Shown here: one piece after another, positions 1-11,689 of the stretch
How positions within the stretch are numbered: the stretch's first letter is position 1
Layout: the number at the start of each line of letters is the position of its first letter
Source of the DNA: Dicyema japonicum
Lineage: Eukaryota > Animalia > Dicyemida
Direction of reading: 5' to 3'
Assembly (NCBI GenBank): GCA_011109175.1
Contig: RDEW01000011.1
Coordinates: 1,360,209 to 1,424,208, forward strand
Length of the DNA: 64,000 nt
Made by a program: the position numbers and the translations under genes
Notes under the pieces: generated by a model
Databases searched by the model: none
The model's input: only the letters and a program-made list of their open reading frames with translations
Told to the model about the DNA's origin: nothing

Positions 1-247
1 GATTCATTCCTCTTTCTATACCAACCTCCATTCATTGAAGCATTAAAGTCACAGGGTCAAATAAAACAGAGGGCCACACCTCTACAAATCCTCCAAAAAT
101 AAGAACACGTGGCTGTTTAATATAGGCAATGATTCCCGAAGAACACTAAAAGTTAAGGATTAATCGTAGTAGCATTAAAATTATTCAAAGCGGGAAAATA
201 AAGTAAGATTTACAAATGAATTGATAAAGCGGGAAATTTAAATAAAA

Positions 248-804
248 TTAACAAGAAATATTTTTCGTCATCGAATAGGCGTCCTCTCCGTCAGCATAAT
301 ATTTGGGCTCCAAATGAGTCACTCTAGAATTTCTAAATAAGCCAACTCGAAGCCCAAAGTATTTTTGTATAAATTGAAAGCAGCTCTATTCGTGATTCGC
401 ACGTGGAGAGTTAACTCCTTTGCGCCAAATGATTCACCCATTGCACGCGATGACAACTCCATCAGTTTACGAGCCAGTCCTGACTTCCTGTGAGATCTTT
501 GGACTGCCAAGGACGTAATATGACCACGTGGTGGATTTATTGTCTCCTCGTCCCTAAACTATTCCCAAAACAATAACATTTTGGCTAGAGAATAACCGAC
601 AATTTCTCCGTCAGATTCCGCGACGTATGAAATCTAAGAAATGACAACCCACCATGCCTGAGGCCACGATAGGAGATGATACATGTAGTACTTTATTTGA
701 TAGTTCTCAGGGAGGCACAGAAGATTACAGTGCTGTATTTTAAGCAAGTCGTTGACCTATCACAGTCATTATTAAATTACTTCAGCTCGACGGAGAATAA
801 GCAT
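248..804 (-). CDS. NAA10: N-alpha-acetyltransferase 10 (NatA catalytic subunit, ARD1), 5 exons
   Basis: Removing introns 757-780 (24 nt), 634-657 (24 nt, GC-AG), 554-577 (24 nt) and 324-346 (23 nt) gives [63 protein letters not shown]...[22 protein letters not shown]...[45 protein letters not shown]. This is colinear with NAA10. Confidence 0.96.
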
Positions 805-1374
805 AACAGCACGAGATAATTGTATTTAAATTTATTGTTTTAAATATATTAATGGTTGTAATTATTTATTATATTATCCATGTTTTCCGTGGACTTGCTC
901 ATATCCTGGGTTTCATGTGGTCTTGTGAAGGAAACTGCAGACAATCGTGACCAACAGACCCACCTTCTCTACCTTGCAGGCAACTATTTATTAGTTTGCC
1001 CGGTAGTGGCTACGGGATGAGCGCCAAGCTTAAGTTTGCAGTTCATTATGCAGTAGAAACTGAGAGATCATTCTAATATTCATCAAACCATAAGCTACGG
1101 ATGCGTCCAGTGCATAATTACCATAACCTTATAGGAGTTTTTCGGCTTCGTAATGATTCAACATTTTTGACACCATCGTTAGGAAAACGAATGGGCGAAA
1201 CACCGGGAGCGGTTGGAAGAATAGTAAAGGATCCATCAAAATCGGGAATTCGGTTGCGACGCGGTTCATGGATCCCGGAAACTGAAATGATTTTCACATC
1301 GCCTGGGAAATGCCATCGCATGCAGCAAATAACACTGTCTTCTGCAGTTGGAACCTTACTATTTGTTAGTATTT

Positions 1375-2900
1375 GCTGTTAGTTAGTTAAGTAACCCCAG
1401 CCTCACTAACTTGTAGGAAGCCAGCAGCTATTAAGTAGGACGCAGAAGATGTTGGTCGCTCCCATGGATCGGTCAGTCCTGGCATTGTAGAGGAACGTTG
1501 TAGGTGATTTGACATTCAAATAGGTGAGTTGATCTGAGACATCCAGTAATTGTCCTGAGCGCGATGTTTGTACATTTTGTAGTTTGTCAATAGAAGCAAG
1601 AAAGGCAGGGGTTGACCAGCAATGACTTGCATAGTTAATAGTTGTTCGAATGAATTGTTTATATATGATGGTTATTCTTTGCTTTGGCCAAGGGAATGTC
1701 TTGACACAGCTTTAGGTAGGTTGATCTTGCGAGAGGCCATTGTACAATGATCCTCCACATGTTTAGAGAATGTTAATAGTTGGTCATAAACAACTCCAAG
1801 TATTTTGGGATGTTTCGTAACGGTGAGTGTTTGTCCATGAATTGTTAAAATTGATTGAAAATTTAGTTTTCAGCGGTTGGACGTGAAACAGTGACGGTGG
1901 ATTTCGATGGAGAGGGGGATAAGTGGTTTGCTCCGAGCCACTCTTCAAGAGTGTTCAAGTGGTTCTGAACATCCTTCGTTGCTTCGTTAACGTCTATGTC
2001 TTTAGAAGCAATAATCAGTCATCCGCATCAATAGAAGTGTCTTGGAATTGGTTGGAATGTCTCTTAGGTGCAAGTTGAATAAGAGGGTGAAAAACGAAGT
2101 CTTGGGGAACTCCATTTGGAAAGAATCGGTAGTGAAATAGACAAGACATAATTTCAGCTCTACCAATTCTTCCAGAGAGGAAATTTGTTGGCCAACTCTG
2201 AAGACGTGGAGAATTTGAGATACAAGAATTTTGTTACTTAGGCCTTGATGTTCGATCAAACCATGGTTAGGTCAATTGATGAAAGGATAGTCAGTTTGGG
2301 ATGATCAGTATTGTTAAAACCATCAGCGATATATTGAGTTAGGGTAGAGAGATGTGTTGATGTTGAGTATTGTGGACGAAAGCCATGTTGAAAATCAGGA
2401 AAGGGAAGATACTCCGATATTAGTTTCAATACAACACGTTCAACAATTTTCGATTCTACAGATAGTAGTGAGATTTGTCTGAAAGATCTCGGATCCGAAG
2501 GATCTATCTTGGGCTTCAGATTGGGATTATTTTAGATTTTTCCATATTGCAGGAATTCGTCAGTTGTTGATTGACACAGAAATTATGTTTGTTATTGCTT
2601 TGAGTCCTTGCATTCACATTTGCTTTAAATGTAGTTTTTGGCGTTTTTGATGAGTTTTTCGACATCAGACGTACTGAATCCTTTGAAGAGTTTAAACGTT
2701 TTTCAATTTGCATAGACGGGAGCATTTGTTCATATCGATGTGACCCACTTTTGCGTAATGGTCCATTATGACATCTACCTGATGAGTGAAATCACGTGGT
2801 GTTTGATTCTTGTCAATACTGGTCCCCACGAGGGCATGTATATGAGAAGCATGGCTCGATGTACTGTTTGTACACGCTCATCAAGACTGGGTGAGTACCA
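1375..2900 (-). mobile_element. Decayed non-LTR retrotransposon (Ingi/Vingi-like), RT and 3' end
   Basis: Fragmented RT motifs (QHGFRP, YPKILGVVYD-like, LLFNLHLRDIP). The 3' terminus at 1380-1445 is a reverse-complement match to 58380-58445 and ends in a (TAAC)n-like tail. Confidence 0.75.
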
Positions 2901-2924
2901 CTTATCCATATTCCCGATAAACTT

Positions 2925-3850
2925 TTAAATACGTTCAGTTTCTTCTCGCATTTCAATAAAATGTTTTCCACGTGTCAAACAGAGATGCATATCAATTGTC
3001 ACACCCAAGATCCTTTGACATCTGTTGAAAGGGATGCCGACCTTGTTTAACTTCAAGGTGACTGTCTTCCTCCCCAATCTTTTGTCAGAGGTAAATAGTG
3101 ACGTAGATGACTTCTCTGCAATCACCACGAGCCGGTTTTCCATTATCCATGAATTAAGTCTGTCCAGGTTAATTTGTATTGTTTCTGCGGCCTTCTGGAT
3201 GTCCTGATCTTGCGAAGCCAACACAATATCATAGCTTAGGAAGTCGAACATCATTATCAGATTCAAGAGTCGGGAGATCAGCCCGAAAGAGGTTAAACAG
3301 AGCAGGGGATAAAGGAGATCTTTGAGGGATTCCGTTGGGGAGGAGCCGTGAGATTGATTTCAGATTTCCGAGGCAAACACGTCCCCTTCGTCCACTTAGG
3401 AAGTTAGTGATCCAAAGCTTTAGCTTCCCTGGGATCTCCGATTGAAATATTTTTCTCGATAGAATAGTGTCTCGGCTTGGTTATGAATCCGACTCGAATG
3501 AAGTCGGTTAATGTTTGCAAGTATGTAGACGTGGATCTCTCATTTTTGCATCCATGTTGAAAAGTCTCTCTGGTAAAAATTCCTTTATTCTCCCGAGCAC
3601 AAGCCTCTCCAGGATTTTTGTCATGGAACATAGTACAGTACGACCCCGGTTTGGGGCAGACCCCAGGGGTGGTCCACCCTCGGTTTTTGGAGCACTATGA
3701 TAAAAATGGTGCCCCAAACCGAGGTCGCACTGTAGTAACATCGGTCTACAAGACGCTGGGTCATCTCTTGTTCTAAGCTTTCTTTTTTCTTTAATCAAGG
3801 CCGTCTTCCCTTGACGAATTTAAGAAATGTTTGGGTATACACCAAGTGCC
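2925..3850 (-). mobile_element. LINE reverse-transcriptase fragment interrupted by a MITE
   Basis: ORF pieces LSYDIVLAS and RILGVTID. Excising 3636-3732 plus one TA restores SCRPMLLLCSMTKILERL, the YRPISLL..SKILER RT motif. Confidence 0.8.
3636..3732. mobile_element. 97-bp pogo/Tigger-family MITE with TA target duplication
   Basis: TIRs CAGTACGACCCCGGTTTGGGGCA and TGCCCCAAACCGAGGTCGCACTG, TA on both flanks. Removal restores the host LINE reading frame. Confidence 0.9.
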
Positions 3851-3882
3851 CCATTTAGGGGTTTATTAATAATAATACACTC

Positions 3883-3966
3883 AATCCCATAAATGTTGAC
3901 CCAATTCCCATAAATGTTGACCCAATTCCCATAAATGATGACCCAATTCCCATAAATGATGTCCAA
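3883..3966. repeat. 21-bp tandem repeat (CCCATAAATGTTGACCCAATT), about 4 copies
   Basis: Directly visible, no spacers. Lies just upstream of a Tc1-like remnant, so possibly subterminal repeats. Confidence 0.85.
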
Positions 3967-4025
3967 GTTATATATATAAATAATACACAAGTAAATCTAT
4001 ATTTTAAAATTTTAATTTTTTAGAT

Positions 4026-4268
4026 TTGTTATCAACTAATACAGATATGAGAAGTCGCAAGGTTTTTATGAACGAAAGTCTATTTATCACTTCGATCAGT
4101 AAAAAGAGTTTGAATAGGTGTATACAAAAGTGTTACAACATTTTATTTACTCCCTTTTATTCAACTGACTTGAACCCAATTGAAAACTTTTTTTATTGTG
4201 TGAAATCTCGCCTAAATGTAATTAGACCAAGAGTAATAACATCCTATTTCACGGAGCCGTGGTATTAG
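4026..4268 (+). mobile_element. Tc1/IS630-type transposase remnant
   Basis: FTPFYSTDLNPIENFF matches the PYSPDLNPIE motif around the catalytic Glu. Confidence 0.7.
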
Positions 4269-4339
4269 CTCCGCATAGGCAAGACACACTTTATTTAAGT
4301 AAAGAACAGTTAATTTTAACTAATCGTAGAACCAAGGAA

Positions 4340-4546
4340 TGATCTTTATTTCTTTTTTCATTTTCTTGTGTGTGTGGCCTTTTTTAGACAATCCAGTTTC
4401 GCAGTGAGAGCCCACTGATGACGGCGTCACTCGTCAAGCCTTTTTAGCATCGTAGATGCGTGGAACCTTCCACCAGGTGAACAGCAGCGAGATTTGAACC
4501 CGTAGCCTAAGTCACTTTAGCCCGACACCTAACCACTATGCCACCC
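4340..4546 (-). mobile_element. tRNA-derived SINE
   Basis: Minus strand GGTGGCATAGTGGTTAGG (A box) ... GGGTTCAAATCTC (B box) ... CACCTGGTGGAAGG, A-rich tail. Head is homologous to 51218-51302. Confidence 0.7.
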
Positions 4547-4549
4547 ATT

Positions 4550-6586
4550 TTTGCCAAAATAATCAGTTATTTAGTTTGTCGTATATTATTTCATAATTTT
4601 AGCCGGAAATCATAGAAGTCTCGCAGCATTTATAATGCCACATGTGAAATTTTTTCTTCCAAATTGTTTAGCAGATCCTTTGTTTCCTCTACGACATTTT
4701 CAATATTCTCCGTTTCTGAATATCCACTATATTATTTTCAGACTCTTCGCACTCTACATCAATTGTTTCGTCTATAACATGATCTAGAAGTTGATCTGTT
4801 AGACAGTCTATCGCATAAGAATCACGGTTCCTGTCGATTCTCTTCCAACAATTAACAATACATGCCGCATCTATTTTCGCCCAACCTTTCGAAATTAGCA
4901 TGACATGACGCTGTTTAATTTTGCAATAGAATGTGCAAAATCGTGTTCGACATCTTGAAAACACGAAAAGTCCATTAAGAAACTTGAATAATAATTCTTA
5001 ACGGCCTTGATTATTCCCATTTCCAATGGTTGTAAATAGGGCGTTGTATTTTTTAATAAAAATTCGATATTTGAACATTCAAAAACTTTATGGATCCAGC
5101 ATTGTCAAGCAATAATAATTTTTTCTGTTGTTTTTGCGAAACAATTCATTTATTAGTGTAAGTCAACTCATAAAAGTCTTTCCAGTCATCCATGCATTTT
5201 TTGAAGGCGAATGCAATAACCCAAAATCTTGGACATCAAAATTTTTTAGGCACCGAGGTTGCTTATACTTTCCAATGATCAATGGGTCAAGTTTTTCTCC
5301 AATTAAACTGCAGCATAAAAGAACAGTGAGTCTTTCTTTTCCTTGTTTATAGCCAAAACACTGTTCGCCTGTTTCGACAAATGATTTTTGGAAGGAATTC
5401 TTTTTATAAAAAGCGCGGTTTCACCGCAATTAAATACATTTTGAGGTCCATATAGATAAATCACATGAGGCCTTTTCTCCACAAATTGAAATCGGAAATT
5501 TATCCACCCGAAGTTTTTGAAATACTTCAAAGACTTGGTCATCAAATTTTTCTTTATCGGCTTTAAATGCCTCATAAAACTCAGAACTAGTATTGCCGCG
5601 GTGTAAGAAAGGTACAATATTTAGTTTGATTCTTGAAATAGTTCCTTGTCTTGTACATTGTGATTAATTGCCTTTCAGATAAATTGTTCCTCATTATTAT
5701 TATTATTATTTAAGCCAAAGAAACACCGTCTTAACCAATAACTAATATTCAGGTGATCCCGGCATCTCTCAATAATCGGGCCATTTTTTCTCGATGCTCC
5801 GACTGTGATCCCACGCATTTTCTATACGGACGGGGGTCTTTTTTCCTTTCCTCTTCTGAAATTGCCTTCAGTTCCCTCTATGATAGACTCGAGTGCTCTG
5901 GGGGCAATTTCTTTATCTGTATATTTTTCTAGTAACTTTTTTGCTCTTGACTGGATATCTTGAATTTTTGTTAGGTTCGTTGCCGACAGGTTAGATCCCC
6001 ATGCAGCACATGCATAGCCTATCGTTGGCTCGACATACTGCTTGTAGAGGGTCCCGATACCTGGCGGATACATTCCTCCACAGTTCCAAAGGAAGGCCTT
6101 TACAAAATTGATCTTCTTTGCACAAGTTGATATGATAGATTCCACATGGGCTGAGAAGCAGAGGAAAGTATCAAAAGTTACTCCCAGTATCTTCTGCGAT
6201 TTCTTTTGTGGTATAGGTACTCCATTTAACGTGACATCAATTGTTTGCGTTCCCATCTTTCTATTCTTAGTAAATAGAGTGACTGCTGACTTTTCGGAAC
6301 ATGCATTTAATCGATTCTCGCACAACCATCCAAATTTTTTAGCAATTTTCAATTTAGTTTCGTAATCCATAACCACAACAAAATTGAAAATAAAACAAAA
6401 AATAATTAATTTATTATAATTTTATTATCTTAAAAATTTTAAATAAATTATTTTACGGTGGCCCAAAATTTCCATAATTTTATATTGATTTTTCATTTAT
6501 TCTGCCAAAATGTTGATTTAAAAAAAAGTGCCCCCAAATCCGACGCTGCCCCACCCCTGGGTCTGCCCCATTTTGGGGTCGGACTG
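4550..6586 (-). mobile_element. pogo/Tigger (CENP-B-like DDE) transposon, degraded, with internal LINE insertion
   Basis: TIR CAGTCCGACCCCAAAATGGGGCAG ends at 6586 next to TA. N-terminus MDYETKLKIAKKF; motifs VFNCGETALF, PLIIGKYKQPRCLKN, NAWMT, LLLDNA, CIVNCWK; RQTKITDYF-like C-terminus near 4560. Confidence 0.85.
5692..6330 (-). mobile_element. 5'-truncated LINE with (TAA)n tail inserted in the pogo transposase
   Basis: KILGVTFDTFLCFSAHV and LYKQYVEPTIGYACAAW (post-RT region). (TAA)n tail at 5692-5710. Confidence 0.85.
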
Positions 6587-6589
6587 TAG

Positions 6590-7430
6590 TCCTTGATCTT
6601 GCTTCCAAGATTATTTGAATAAAGTAGCTGTCGGCATTCTCCAGCGAACTGAAGCTATCCAAGTAACAATTCTTCGTTTTATCTTCTGAGATTTCACGAT
6701 ACAATTTCCAGTTAGCACCTTAGTAATTGTAGCTGCTAGGAATTCTCCTCACGTTGGCTTCTCTTTTGATCTTCACCACAATTGGATTATGGTCGCTTCT
6801 TGTTTCGTAGAGGACTGAACAATCAATTTTTGATGAAAGCGACGATGAGCAGAATGTTACGTCCGGTGAGGTAGGTTTATCTGTCTCTCTCAGTGGTGTC
6901 CTTGTATTTATCGATGGATCATTCAATATCGTTAAGGAGTCCGTTTGCGATGATAATAGTTTCCCTCTCATGTCAACTAGTTGAGTTGACAGCCATAAGG
7001 GTTGCTTCGCATTCAAATCCCCGCAGATGATGAAGACAGTCTTGATATGTTTGGCATAACATAGCTCTTCGGGCAGGAACCAGGAGGCGGATCGTAGATA
7101 TTCACAAGGAATAGTCTTCCTTCCGTTGTCCCGAGCGAGATTCCAATTATTTCTGTTACATCATCCCCAGCAAGTTTCCTCACTTCCGAGGAGATTTCTC
7201 TGCATTTCAAGTTCTTTTTTAATAGAGTGAGCAGACCTCCTCTTCTTTTTTCTCTACGGTCTTTCCTGATAGCTTGGGAATGTAGGGGTAGGGTCATTTA
7301 AAGAGATTTTGGTCTCTTAAATCATCGCAAAGTTAATATTTTGACGAGCCAGGAGTGAGCGGAGTTCCTCTGATTTTTCCTTTAATTCCATTTTTGTTTA
7401 GCTGGAGAGCCGTAAAATGCTTTTCTCTTA
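6590..7430 (-). mobile_element. LINE apurinic-endonuclease (APE) region
   Basis: RKDRREKRRGGLLTL, VNIYDPP, GDLNAK, TSPDVTF and SDHNPI motifs. Confidence 0.85.
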
Positions 7431-7469
7431 GATGGACTGAGGATTTTTTCCGGGAAGGTTCGATCTTAC

Positions 7470-9369
7470 CCAAAGCTCAAGATCCTTGAGGGACCCATTT
7501 GGAAAAAACGTGGTCACTGATCTAGTTTTTCCAGCAGTTACTCTTCCTCTTCTTCCATTTAGGAAATTTGCGATCCAGATTTTCAGGTTGTTTGGAATTT
7601 TTGACGTAAAAATCTTCCTTGTCAAAAGCTTTCTTGGGACAGTGTCGAAAGCTTTTTCTATATCGATGGAGCACAACAAAGACTTCTAATGAAGTTTGCG
7701 CTTTAGTCCATCCTTGATGAAATTTGTAAGGCATGCGTTTCTGTGGAGTGTCCTTTTCTGAATCCGTGTAAAAGGTGCATCAGGAGAGTATAATTTGATT
7801 AGTTCAAGAATCAGCTATTCCAAAAGTTTTAATTTAACACATAGGAGAGATATTGGTCTATATGAGGCTGGTCATCCTTTTGGTCGCTTGGGTTTCAGAA
7901 TTGGTCGTATGTTTGATAGCTTCCATGTGGAAGGAATACAATTTTCGTTGATTGAAAAGTTGAAAATTTTTGTGAGGGCCTTGATAGCATAGGGGCCTAT
8001 GTTTTTCAGAACTATTGCAAAGATTCCGTCCGGACCACAGTAATAAGTCGACTTTTGACCATATTCTGTACGTTCTCCACAGAGAGGACAATCGGGGATG
8101 GCTTTTTTAGGTTTAAGGGCTAGGATGGATGAACCTTCGAATTCTTTGTGTGGAATGAAACTCGTAGAGGTGTAGTACTTCATAAGTTTGTTTAGGAAGA
8201 TCTTGTTGTCCATTTCATCACGTGTCGCCGTGTTTTCAGCGTTAATAAAGCTTCTAAGTGTTTTCCACATTTTTGTAAGGGAGTTCTGCTTGTTTAAATT
8301 GGACATGAGGTTTTTCTAAACTTTCTCTTGTTTCTTCTTTGCATTGTTCCTGATCTCTCTTTCTAATGAACAAATTTTCAATCTTGTTTCTTAGGATTGT
8401 ATTTGGAGGCTCTTTAGGTAATTTCTTTCTTTATGAGTGGATCGGCTCTGGGGGAATTCTTTCCTGTTGTCAGTGGCCTTCTTTTAATACAAATTTTCAT
8501 TCCTCGCGTACCACTCTATTAAATTAGTGTAGTGCTTTATCGATGGAGTTGAAATTGTATAAATGAAAGTCAAGTAGATAATAGTCGACAAAATTTGAGA
8601 ACTTTTTCCAGTCGACATTTTTGTAGTCGGTAAATAAATCAGGTTGCTTTACAATTGACACTCTTCCTTCAAGCGTAATCATAACGGGATTATGGTCACT
8701 GCTAATCTCGTATAGCACCGTCCATTTTGTTAATGTTTCGATGTTTGGTGAGTAAAGAGTGAGATCGGGGGACGATGTCCTGTCATTCGCTCTGTAGGGA
8801 GTCCTTGTATTGAATGTAGAGTTGTTTAATATTATCAGGTCATCCAGATTCGATAACAATTGGTTTCCTCTGACATCCCATGGTTGGTTCTCGAACCATG
8901 TCGGATGCTTTGTATTTAGAGTAACATATTTTTTGATTTGTCGATGTCTGACAGGGAGAACCTGAATTCCTTGGGCATGAGTTGAGCGGTGGCACATACA
9001 CATTCAACATGTTTATGTTTCCGATGCTTGTCTTGACTGAAATACCAATATATTCGACGGGAGACTTGAGGTTGACAAAAGTTTCGTTTGCGTACGGAAT
9101 TTCTTTTTTGATAAGGGTAAGCAGTCCACCACCCCCCAGCTGTGCGGTCGCGCCTGTAACGTGATCGTTTGGGAAGACGGGAGTGGAAGAAGACGGAGTC
9201 AGTCTTGTTTCTTGGAGTAGGCAAATGTCAGTATTATACCTTTTAAGAGGTTTCTGAGTTCGAGGATCTTTCGTTTCACTCCATTTATGTTTAGTTGAAT
9301 CAAAATAATGGGTTTTCGAGGTCCAGGATTTGGGTTCACATCGCCGGAAAGCATTAGGTTGGCTTCCAT
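7470..9369 (-). mobile_element. Ingi/Vingi-like LINE (2A-like peptide, APE, RT), 3'-truncated and frameshifted
   Basis: Begins MEANLMLSGDVNPNPGPRKPIILIQLNING; then SSPDLTL, SDHNPV, GPDGI, PILKPKRP, YRPISL, SIDIEKAFDTV. Confidence 0.88.
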
Positions 9370-9498
9370 GATAATGTATATATTTGAATAAATTGTTGTC
9401 GAAAAAAAATTTAATTATTTTATTAAATTTTATTAATTATTTAAATATTAGCCGCCGAAAAATATTATTTTTTGTTGTCAAATATTTTTTATGAATAA

Positions 9499-10051
9499 AT
9501 GGAAACTGGGAGTCAAGTATAATATATTAAAATTTTAGTTACTCCAACGAGTACTTCATTCGTCAGATTTGTCAAATATCTGTCCCGAAGTCTTTAACGA
9601 ATCTCCACTTCAAGCTTATAATTTATTAATGATTTGTGGCCCTTCAAACAGTGGGAAATCTCTCTTCATTCGTAAAATTATAAAAGACTGCGGAAATATC
9701 AAAACACTTCTTATATCGAACAGTTCCAATGACTGCAATTCAGTTCTGAGGCCGACGTCCCCTTCCGATGAACTTATTGGTCTATACCGACTAACTCTCA
9801 TCAAACCAGACATTGAAGTACTCATAATTGACTCTCTAACCAAAATCCCCGAGTCTATAATAAGGTCCCTCGTTGGAAGTGGGCTTTTAGTAATAATGGT
9901 GAACTATTATAGTGCTAGTGGGGTTTGGAGAAGAATGGTTACTCACTCGGTTGAGACCGCTGTTAATGAAGGAATCTTGACAGTTACTAATAAACAGACA
10001 AATAAGCAAATTCAATTTAAAATAACTAAAAATGGACTGTTTTGTGATTAA
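9499..10051 (+). CDS. XRCC2: XRCC2-like RAD51 paralogue, about 176 aa, one 22-nt intron
   Basis: ATG 9499 and intron 9517-9538 give METGSQLLQRVLHSSDLSNICPEVF (compare XRCC2 ESGTELLARL..LKEIEPNLF). Walker A GPSNSGKS, Walker B VLIIDS, C-terminal WRRMVTH...FKITKNGL (compare WQQLVKH...FIIGESGV). Confidence 0.8.
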
Positions 10052-11689
10052 ATTTTTAAAATTAGTGCTTTTAACCAATCTCTCTTTTGAATTACTCGTA
10101 GAAAGTATCGATTGATTGAATATTTGAGAATACCTCTCTACTTGTCCCTTAATCCATGGACAGTTTAGTCTCCCTAATACACGTTTGATGTTGAATTTTA
10201 CACAATTTTTCCATCTTTGAATTTTTAGATTGTACGTTGAATGACTGAATGTCGATTAAATAAAATTCTTCAAGTTATGAAATTTCTTATGCAGATTTGG
10301 TTTTGACTAACACTCCGTATTTCGAAACGTATCAAACCATGAATACGAATCGTTAATTTCATAATCTCTCCTTATATCCACGAGATCTGTAAATATATGC
10401 CTGGGTCTTTGCGATTATTGGAGTAAATGAAGGTCTCTTGGAAATTGATCACGACCGAAATGAGAGGAGATTATTCCCAGGGAGATATGGAGATTCCAAT
10501 TCCTCGTGTTAGCTTTCCAGACTAATCCCTTTTTGGTAACTTCCAGGTATTAAGGGAAAATTCCAGCATCATCCCTTTCTACCGTCGTGTGGAAACTGGA
10601 TGTCCTCTGTTCCTTTTACAATCTCTCCGAGTTGACAGTAAATTACATTTTTGAATGTCCTGAATTAGTACACTGTACGTCTACAATGCCACGACTGCCC
10701 GATCTATGTGAGCGACTAACATTTGCTGCGTCCTACTTTTCTCCTAAAAGTTAGTGAGGACGGAGTTATTTAGCTAACTAAGAATAATTGGAAATTCCAC
10801 GAATTCTATTACTAAATTTCTGCTAAATGGGGTCCCACAGGAATAACACTGGTTCTCGCATATCGTGACGATATAATCGTCGCAAGAAGAGACCACCATA
10901 TTCACCCAGTTGGTAGCCGCTTACAAGATTTACTGGACAGCTTGAGCAGTTGGCTTAAATTAGCCATCCTTCTTGGTGCCTCCTCCCCCATTTTGTTATC
11001 AAAGATCTGATGACACATAAGAAGGGAAGCGATTTTAGATTCTACGATCTCCAAGGTTTCAATCACTACGGGTATTGATTTAACCTAGTCTGTTCAAACC
11101 AAGGCTCTGGATTGTTATGACCTGTACTCTGACTCCTCAGATAACATGGAGACCTGAATGGCTAAAAAGACTCCCTTTCCTTCAAGAAAAGTGTGTGGAG
11201 TTAGAGGGGATGGATCCCTCCCTTTAGTAAATCCTTAAAGAGTACATGCGGACAAACTTAAGAATGTGTAAAATAATACTTGGATAAATACTGTTGAGAA
11301 TGCTTGGGAGATGTAGGTTTGAGGAGAATCAGTTTCTCCTTAAACAGAGGATCAACAGTCTCCTACACTAAGAACGACCACTAAGAACTGGTCCAATTAT
11401 TGATTAAAAATGTTCAATTTTTTTGCTGTAGATCTTATTAGTAAGCACAGCCTAACAAGGTCACATTGAGATCTATTAGTTAGCGAATTTAATGGAGAAT
11501 ACTAAGAAACGAGGTTTCTAAAACCACCACCCTAAGTTCTGTATTTGGGGACAAAATATCCTCATGAGACACGCGTAACAAATGGGGACTCGAATAGGGC
11601 AGTAGAATGGAGATAGAAGTCGTGCTCAGAAAGCCTCATCAAAATGAAAAAAATGAAAAATTGAAAAATCAACATGTTACGAAATAGGT

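Noticed and set aside
3883-3966. Short repeat array resembling a CRISPR
   Set aside because: Units are contiguous with no unique spacers, there are no cas genes, and the DNA is eukaryotic.
4480-4546. Possible tRNA genes here and at 51218-51285
   Set aside because: A and B boxes are present but there is no convincing acceptor stem or cloverleaf, and both continue into SINE bodies.
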